From positions 3,584,001 to 3,648,000 of the forward strand of contig CBDFKD010000002.1 in NCBI GenBank assembly GCA_965248695.1: 64,000 bases of DNA, written 5' to 3'. Positions 57,883-64,000 of this stretch are shown here, piece by piece. The stretch comes from Acidobacteriota bacterium (GTDB lineage: Bacteria; Acidobacteriota; UBA890; WLXD01). The notes below the pieces were generated by a model. That model was not told the origin of the DNA. It was given only the letters and a program-made list of their open reading frames with translations, and ran no database searches. The translations under genes and the position numbers were made by a program. Positions within the stretch are counted from its first letter, which is position 1. Every line of letters starts with the position of its first letter.

Positions 57883-59211
57883 CTAGCGGTAGCCCTCGTA
57901 GTAGTCCGCACCCAGATGGGTGATCTGGTCCTCGCCCTTCATGTAGCGCAACGTGTTCTTCAGCTTCATCTGCTGGATGAAGATGTCGTGCTCCGGGTAT
58001 AGCTCGGGCAGCGTCATCGGCGCCTTGAAGTAGAACGACAGCCACTCCTGGATCCCCGAGAATCCGGCGCGCTTGGCGAGGTCGAGGAACAGCGCCAGAT
58101 CGAGAACGATCGGTGCCGCCAGAATGCTGTCGCGGCAGAGGAAATCGATCTTGATCTGCATCGGGTAGCCGAGCCACCCGAAGATATCGATGTTGTCCCA
58201 CCCCTCCTTGTTGTCGCCCCGCGGCGGATAGTAGTTGATCCGCACCTTGTGGTAGATGTCGCTGTACAGGTCGGGGTAGACGTCGGGCTGCAGGATGTAC
58301 TCGAGGGCGCCGAGCTTGCTCTCTTCCTTGGTCTTGAACGAGTCCGGGTCGTCGAGCACCTCGCCGTCGCGATTGCCGAGAATGTTGGTCGAGAACCAAC
58401 CGCTGACACCAAGTAGGCGAGACTTGAGGCCGGGGGCAAGGATGGTCTTCATCAACGTCTGACCGGTCTTGAAGTCCTTGCCGGCGATCGGACTCTGCGT
58501 CTGCTTGGACAGCTCCAGCAGCGCCGGGATGTCGATGTTGAGGTTGGGGGCGCCGTTGGCGTAAGGGATGCCCATCTTCAGTGTCGCGTAGGCGTAGACC
58601 ATGCTCGGCGGGATGGCATCGTCGTCGTTCTTGAGGCCTTCCTCGAAGCTCTCCAGCGATTGGTGCACGGCGCTGGGCTCGAGAAAGACCTCGGTGCTGG
58701 CGCACCAGATGATCACCACCCGCTCGACACCGGTTGCGTCCTTGAACGCCTGGATGTCGGCCATGATCTGTTGCGCATAGTCCCAGCGGGTACCCCCGGA
58801 CTTCACCCAGGTGCCCGTCAGCGCCTTGACATAGCGCTGGTCGAATACGGCTTTCATCGGCTGCAGCGCCTCGAGCTCGTCGCGCACCCTTTCCAGGTCT
58901 TCCTTGTTGAGGGCGCCAGCGTTCATGGCAGCTTCGTAGGCGTTGTCCTCGAAGATATCCCAGCCGCCGAAGTACAGATCGTCGAGCTCGGCCAGGCCGA
59001 CGAACTCCTTGATGGTCGGCACCCGGCCCTCGGTTCGCTTGCCGAGACGGATCGTTCCCATCTGCGACAGCGAGCCCACCGGCTTCGCTAAACCCTTGCG
59101 GACCGCGAGGACGCCGGCAATGAAGGTAGTCGAAACCGCGCCGACTCCGACGGTCAAGATACCGAGACCGCCTTGCGGCGGCGCCAACTCCACCTGGGGT
59201 AGTTCCTGCAT
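57883..59211 (-). CDS. ino1: Myo-inositol-1-phosphate synthase
   Basis: GVGAVSTT, WCASTE, GKDFKTGQT, NILGNRDG, CRDSILAAP. Confidence 0.95.
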   Translation of the reverse strand: MQELPQVELAPPQGGLGILTVGVGAVSTTFIAGVLAVRKGLAKPVGSLSQMGTIRLGKRTEGRVPTIKEFVGLAELDDLYFGGWDIFEDNAYEAAMNAGALNKEDLERVRDELEALQPMKAVFDQRYVKALTGTWVKSGGTRWDYAQQIMADIQAFKDATGVERVVIIWCASTEVFLEPSAVHQSLESFEEGLKNDDDAIPPSMVYAYATLKMGIPYANGAPNLNIDIPALLELSKQTQSPIAGKDFKTGQTLMKTILAPGLKSRLLGVSGWFSTNILGNRDGEVLDDPDSFKTKEESKLGALEYILQPDVYPDLYSDIYHKVRINYYPPRGDNKEGWDNIDIFGWLGYPMQIKIDFLCRDSILAAPIVLDLALFLDLAKRAGFSGIQEWLSFYFKAPMTLPELYPEHDIFIQQMKLKNTLRYMKGEDQITHLGADYYEGYR

Positions 59212-59402
59212 CACCTCGGATCCTTGTGAGGACACGCACGGTCCCCCGCCAGAGTGCGTGGGCAACGTCGCCACAGGGTACGTTAAGCGGGGGGGCCGCA
59301 CTAGCGCCGTTGGCGGCTGCTACAGGCCAGAAAACGGACGATTTCCGCTGCAGGGTTGGCAGCCACTTGGCGCCGGCGCTTGCGGCACCAAAGGAGGCCA
59401 AG

Positions 59403-59900
59403 ATGCGTCGCGCGCTTTCGCTCGGGATGATGGTGAGTCTGCTAGCTACGGCCGGGCTCGCGCTGGTGGCGGCAGCGCCGGAGGGCCGGCCTGATCGCTT
59501 GCCCCCACGCGCTCCGCAGGAGGGCGAACCTGCTGCCGCGCCCGCCGATGCGTTCGCCGTCATCGAGGCCCAGTTGCAGGCGTTCAACGCCCACGACGTC
59601 GACGCCATGGTGGCCAACCTTGCCGAGGATTTCGCCTGGTTCGCGGTCGACCCTGACATGACCCGCGTGGAGCTGCGCGGTCGCGAGGAGTTCCGCCGTT
59701 CGATGGTGCCGTACTTCGCGACGGTGCCCGGCGCCAGAGCCGAGATCGAGGAGCGCGTCAGCGTCGGCCGCTTCGCTGCGGTTCGGGAGCGCGCGTTCTG
59801 GATGGCCGGTGGCGGCGAGGTCTCGCAGGCGTCGCTTGCAGTCTACGAGATCGGGGACGGGCTCATCCGGCGGGTCTGGTACTACCCGGTGGAACAATGA
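59403..59900 (+). CDS. Secreted SnoaL/NTF2-like protein
   Basis: Signal peptide; QLQAFNAHDVDAM; VYEIGDGLIRRVWYY; AAGGAGG RBS. Confidence 0.85.
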   Translation: MRRALSLGMMVSLLATAGLALVAAAPEGRPDRLPPRAPQEGEPAAAPADAFAVIEAQLQAFNAHDVDAMVANLAEDFAWFAVDPDMTRVELRGREEFRRSMVPYFATVPGARAEIEERVSVGRFAAVRERAFWMAGGGEVSQASLAVYEIGDGLIRRVWYYPVEQ

Positions 59901-59960
59901 TCGGCGCCCGACGACGCTGAGGTACAATCCTGCCGAGGCGTAACCCGCGTCCCCAGCGCG

Positions 59961-60893
59961 GTGCCTCTGCCCCTGGCCTCACGCCCCACGCCCGCCCAGG
60001 AAGTTGCTGCTTTGGAATCGACGAGCTCCCGTGCGGATGCGAAGGCGGAACCCCGGCAGTCTTTCACTGCACCGATCCTCGGAGCCCTGGCGGGACTCTG
60101 GCGCACTGCCAAGCACCTGATCAAGCGTCCGTTCTACGCCCTCTACGAACGCCGTCTCGGGGCCGAGGCGCACACCTGGACGTTGCCCCGTCACATCGGC
60201 ATCATCATGGACGGCAACCGCCGCTTTGCCCGCGACTTCGGCCGCCGCCAGGTGTTGTTCGGCCACGCGCGCGGCGCCGAGAAGCTGCGCGAGGTGCTGC
60301 GATGGTGCCAAGAGCTCGGCATCCCCGTAGTGACTGTCTGGAGCTTCTCGCTCGACAACTTCCACCGCGCGGAACCCGAAGTGGCCGATTTGCTCCAGCT
60401 GTTCGAGGATCGAACGCGCGAGCTCATCGACAGCCCTGATGTTCACGAGAGCGAGATCCGCGTGCGCTACATCGGCAAGACGGAGCTGCTGCCGGACAGC
60501 TTGCAGAAGGCCATCGGGCAGGTCGAACACGCGACGCGCGACTACGACCGCTTCAAGCTCAACATCGCTATGGCCTATGGTGGTCGCCAGGAGATTACCG
60601 AGGCGTTTCGCGCCTACCTTCGTGACCACGCGGCCCGGGGTGGTGACCTCGCCAAGATGGCCGACGAGTTCGACGACACGTCGATCGAGCCACACCTGTA
60701 CACCTCGGGTCAGCCGGAGCCGGACCTGATTCTGCGCACCAGCGGCGAGGTGCGGCTCAGCGGCTTCCTGCTGTGGCAAAGCGCCTACTCGGAGTTCTAC
60801 TTCTCTGATACCCACTGGCCGGCGTTCCGGCGCATCGACCTGTACCGCGCGCTACGCGCCTACAATCAACGTCAGCGGCGGCTGGGTCGTTGA
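59961..60893 (+). CDS. uppS: cis-isoprenyl diphosphate synthase (UppS family); start uncertain
   Basis: HIGIIMDGNRR, FSLDNF.R, YGGR, RTSGEVRLSGFLLWQ. Confidence 0.9.
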   Translation: MPLPLASRPTPAQEVAALESTSSRADAKAEPRQSFTAPILGALAGLWRTAKHLIKRPFYALYERRLGAEAHTWTLPRHIGIIMDGNRRFARDFGRRQVLFGHARGAEKLREVLRWCQELGIPVVTVWSFSLDNFHRAEPEVADLLQLFEDRTRELIDSPDVHESEIRVRYIGKTELLPDSLQKAIGQVEHATRDYDRFKLNIAMAYGGRQEITEAFRAYLRDHAARGGDLAKMADEFDDTSIEPHLYTSGQPEPDLILRTSGEVRLSGFLLWQSAYSEFYFSDTHWPAFRRIDLYRALRAYNQRQRRLGR

Positions 60894-60906
60894 GAGAGCT
60901 AGCTGA

Positions 60907-62439
60907 TTGACCGAGGGTGTCTCGCAACCGGCCGCCAGAGGTTCGCGCCTGGATCGCTTCCTACGGCTGTTCACCGACGTACGTCCCGGTGAAGGGCTGA
61001 CGGCCGTACTGTTGGCGGTCAACGTGGCGCTCGTCCTTGGTGCCTACTACGTCATCCGTCCGCTGCGTGAGAGTTTTCTGCTGGCGGAGTACTCACCCGA
61101 GGTCAAGAGCTACTTGCAGGTGGCCAACGTTCTCGCGCTCGCGGTGATCGTCCCGCTGTACGGCAAGCTGACCGACCGCTTTCCGCGCCGCCGACTGATC
61201 AACGTCGTGACGTATGTCTTCGTCGCGCTGCTCGGCGTGTTCTTCCTGATGGGAGTCGCCGGTCTGCCGCTGGGTATCGTCTTCTTCGTGTACGGCAGCA
61301 TCTTCGCGGTCATGGTGGTGACGCAGTTCTGGTCGTTCGCCAACGATATCTACACGCGTGAAGAAGGTGAGCGGCTGTTTCCCATCGTTGCGTTCGGCGC
61401 CTCGCTCGGAGCCGCAGTGGGGGCGACCTTTGTCGGTCAGTTGATCGAGCCGTTCGGCCTCTACGTTCCGATGTTGCTGTCGGGTGGGGTACTGCTGGCT
61501 CAGTTGCAGATCACCAACTACGTCGACAATCGCGAGCGCGCGTTGCGCGAGGCACACCTGCCCGATATCAAGACCACCGCCACGATCGCCGCCAGCGGTC
61601 TGTTCAAGGCACCCACCACCATCGAGGAGCTCGAGGAGCTGGCCGAGCAGGAGCGCCTGATCTTCGAAGCTCGCCAGAAGGGTGAGCCGGTGCCGGAGCC
61701 GGAGGCCTCCAGCGGCGAGTCGGCGTTTGCGCTGGTGCTGCGGACCCGCTACCTGCTTCTTATCGCGGTGTTGATCATGTTCCTCAACTGGGTCAACACG
61801 AACGGTGAGTACATCCTCGGTCGGTTCGTTGTCGACGCCGCGGCTCAAGCTGTTGCGGAGGGCACGACGACGCTCACTCAGGGGGAGTTCATCGGGCGTT
61901 TCTACGCCAACTTTTACGCTGTGATGAACATCGTCGGGCTCCTGATTCAGCTGTTCGTTACCTCACGCGTGGTCAAATACTTGGGGGTGCACATCGGCGT
62001 GATGATGCTGCCCCTGTTGGCGTTCGGCGCCTACGGCCTGATCGCGCTCTTCCCGGTGCTGACCGCGGTTCGTTGGGCCAAGACGGCGGAGAACGCCACC
62101 GACTACTCGCTCAACAACGCCGTGCGTCAGATGCTGTTCTTGCCGACGACGCGTGAGCAGAAGTACAAGGCCAAGCAGGTGAGCGATTCCTTCTTCCATC
62201 GTGCTGGAGACGTTCTGAGCGCCGCGACGGTGTTCATTGGCACTACCGTCCTCGCCCTGACCACTTCCGGGCTGGCATTCTTCAATATGGCGCTGGTGGT
62301 CATCTGGCTGGTCGTGGCGGTCGCGGTCGGAAGGGAGTATCGCGAGCTCGTTCGCTCGGGTCGTCCACCGCGGCCGCGGGGAGGGCGGCGAGCGGCGCAC
62401 CCGTTCGAAGACATCGCCGTGGACGGCTCGGCCTCATAG
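60907..62439 (+). CDS. Npt1/Npt2-family (TLC) nucleotide transporter
   Basis: YYVIRPLRE, QFWSFAND, RLFP, KTAENATDYS, KYKAK..SD..FHRAGD. Confidence 0.88.
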   Translation: MTEGVSQPAARGSRLDRFLRLFTDVRPGEGLTAVLLAVNVALVLGAYYVIRPLRESFLLAEYSPEVKSYLQVANVLALAVIVPLYGKLTDRFPRRRLINVVTYVFVALLGVFFLMGVAGLPLGIVFFVYGSIFAVMVVTQFWSFANDIYTREEGERLFPIVAFGASLGAAVGATFVGQLIEPFGLYVPMLLSGGVLLAQLQITNYVDNRERALREAHLPDIKTTATIAASGLFKAPTTIEELEELAEQERLIFEARQKGEPVPEPEASSGESAFALVLRTRYLLLIAVLIMFLNWVNTNGEYILGRFVVDAAAQAVAEGTTTLTQGEFIGRFYANFYAVMNIVGLLIQLFVTSRVVKYLGVHIGVMMLPLLAFGAYGLIALFPVLTAVRWAKTAENATDYSLNNAVRQMLFLPTTREQKYKAKQVSDSFFHRAGDVLSAATVFIGTTVLALTTSGLAFFNMALVVIWLVVAVAVGREYRELVRSGRPPRPRGGRRAAHPFEDIAVDGSAS

Positions 62440-62455
62440 CTCGGATCGGTGAACC

Positions 62456-63782
62456 TCATTCGTCTGACAGTCGGCCGACCGCGCGGCGTACCCAAAACAG
62501 CTGTCCGAGTTGTCCGACGGTGAACGCCGCGTAGGTGACGTAGATCCCGGGCACGCTGCCGCCGATCACCCCGAGCACAAGGCCGGCGGTCGAGATCGAC
62601 ATGAAGACGGCCATCGATTCGGTGATCGGCCGGGTCTTGCGCCGGTGCACCAGGATGCCCACGTAGCGGTTTTGCAGCACGCCCGCGGCCGGGAGCAATA
62701 CCGCGATTTTCAGCCCGTTGGTGGCCAACAGCGCGAGTTCGGGCGTCAAGCCGGCGAAGCGCAAGAATAGGACGTCGGCCAGCGGCGTGAACGCCAGCAG
62801 CGAAAGGCCCAGGCTGATGGCTACCAGCACGCCGGTGAACCTCCGCAGCGCCGCTTCCGCGTCCGGCCGATCCAACAGCGCGACCACCACCTCTTTGAAC
62901 GCGATGCCCGGACTACGCAGCAAGAACATGGTTCCGGTGACCACGGGCCATGCCGCCAGCGACGAGAGTGGCAAGGGCATGCGGCTTACCGCGGCGCTAC
63001 CGACTGGCTGCATGATCAAGGCCAGCAAGGAGGTGAGCGCCAGTGGTACGTAGAATCGCAGTAGCTCACCGAGCTCGATGCCTTCTCCGGAGAGGGGACT
63101 CGAGGTCGAAGTGCTGCTCGAGAATCGGCGCTACGCGCCAGCGCACGAACAGGGCCTCGGCGACAACTCCTGCGAGCACGGCGCTGGATCCCAGCGCTAC
63201 CCCTGACGGGGTGAGCTCTGGAGCACTTCGATACAGCCACAGCCCGGCGCCCAATACGACAACGTTGGCCGCGAGTCGCAACAGGGTTCCGACACCAACC
63301 GCTCGCGAGGCGCCGAAGCGGATCAGGATTCCCTGATTGAAGCGACGATAGACGATCGTCCAGGTCCAAGGCAGCGCGATGAGTAGTCCCAGTCGGGCGG
63401 GCTCGATGACGGCCTCGGGCACGGCGATCAGTCGCGTTACCACGAAGTCGTAGAGCGGCGTGGTTGCCAGCACCAGCTGCAGCAACGTCAGCCCGGCGCT
63501 CAGTCGGTGCATGAAGTTGCGCAGCGACAGATAGCTGGCGCCGTCGCGCGACAGGGCCGTGGACGCGGCCAGCAGCATGATGATCGGCGACTCGACCAGC
63601 AGCAGCAACGCCATGACCACACCGCCGTATGCCGCCAGTTGGATCTCGGGGTCCGGCAGGCGCGCCAGAGCGGCGCTGACCACCGGCATCTCGAGCGCCA
63701 TGAACATCCAGCTCAGGGCCAGTGGCCACCAGGTGGTGGCGATTTGCCGACCGGTCAGACCGGTTCGCGTACGGGACATCAC
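62456..63782 (-). pseudogene. MATE/ANKH-like membrane transporter with one frameshift
   Basis: WWPLALSW..E.P in the first ORF; FYVPLALTS..QP in the second; frame change near 63090. Confidence 0.75.
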
Positions 63783-63795
63783 TCGTAGAGCTCGG

Positions 63796-63999
63796 TCAGG
63801 ATGGTGGGATCGATACAGCGCGGGCCAGATAATCGGCCATTGCCATGCCGCGAGCCGTCGGATGGACGCTCCGGCCGCGCACGCGAACCAGCTGCTCGTG
63901 GACGAAGCGCTCGAACGTCCCCTCGTTCGGCGTCCACACGTCTACGCCCCAGCGTTTCTGCACTGCGTCGCAATCGAGTCCGGCGCTCGCCCGCAGCCC
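63796..63999 (-). CDS. hemW: Radical SAM heme chaperone HemW/HemN-like, C-terminal part, runs off window end
   Basis: GLRASAGLD...WGVD...HPTARGMAMADYLA*, HemN_C-like; not in the ORF track. Confidence 0.65.
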   Translation of the reverse strand, partial: GLRASAGLDCDAVQKRWGVDVWTPNEGTFERFVHEQLVRVRGRSVHPTARGMAMADYLARAVSIPPS

Positions 64000-64000
64000 C

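Noticed and set aside
57791-59659. 622-aa minus-strand ORF
   Set aside because: Alternate frame overlapping ino1; Arg/Gly/Pro-rich with no motifs, a high-GC shadow ORF

Overview
High-GC bacterial DNA, probably Acidobacteriota (inferred from an ADOP-type permease, an Oar-like TonB-dependent receptor and Ser/Thr kinase-beta-propeller remnants). About 360-57,500 is a heavily rearranged accessory region. It holds mostly secreted hydrolases (sulfatases, amidohydrolases, M14/M28 peptidases, serine hydrolase, CapA-like metallophosphoesterase, patatin), a homogentisate cluster, argC-argD-argB, a LicD/cytidylyltransferase pair and a 926-aa two-repeat protein of unknown family. It is cut by five IS3 copies of two related types, two IS256 elements and IS5/IS6 remnants. 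Core-like genes (ino1, uppS-like, NTT, MATE-like, hemW) resume after about 57.9 kb. Three results stand out. (1) A 30.5-kb segment between two inverted 1260-bp IS3 copies is flipped, shown by a split TCGT target duplication that rebuilds one CapA-like gene. (2) At least eight shards of Ser/Thr kinase genes (5' stubs 'MEPGT(K/R)L', 3' tails 'EL(K/N/E)R(L/F)VPTDP*') lie at cargo junctions, and after undoing the inversion one amidohydrolase sits between a 5' stub and a 3' tail. (3) Attachment-site-like relics are present: a 47-bp repeat, arm-like direct repeats and a tRNA-Val 3' fragment. No CRISPR array, rRNA, intact tRNA or integrase gene was seen. All family calls come from motif recognition, not database searches.
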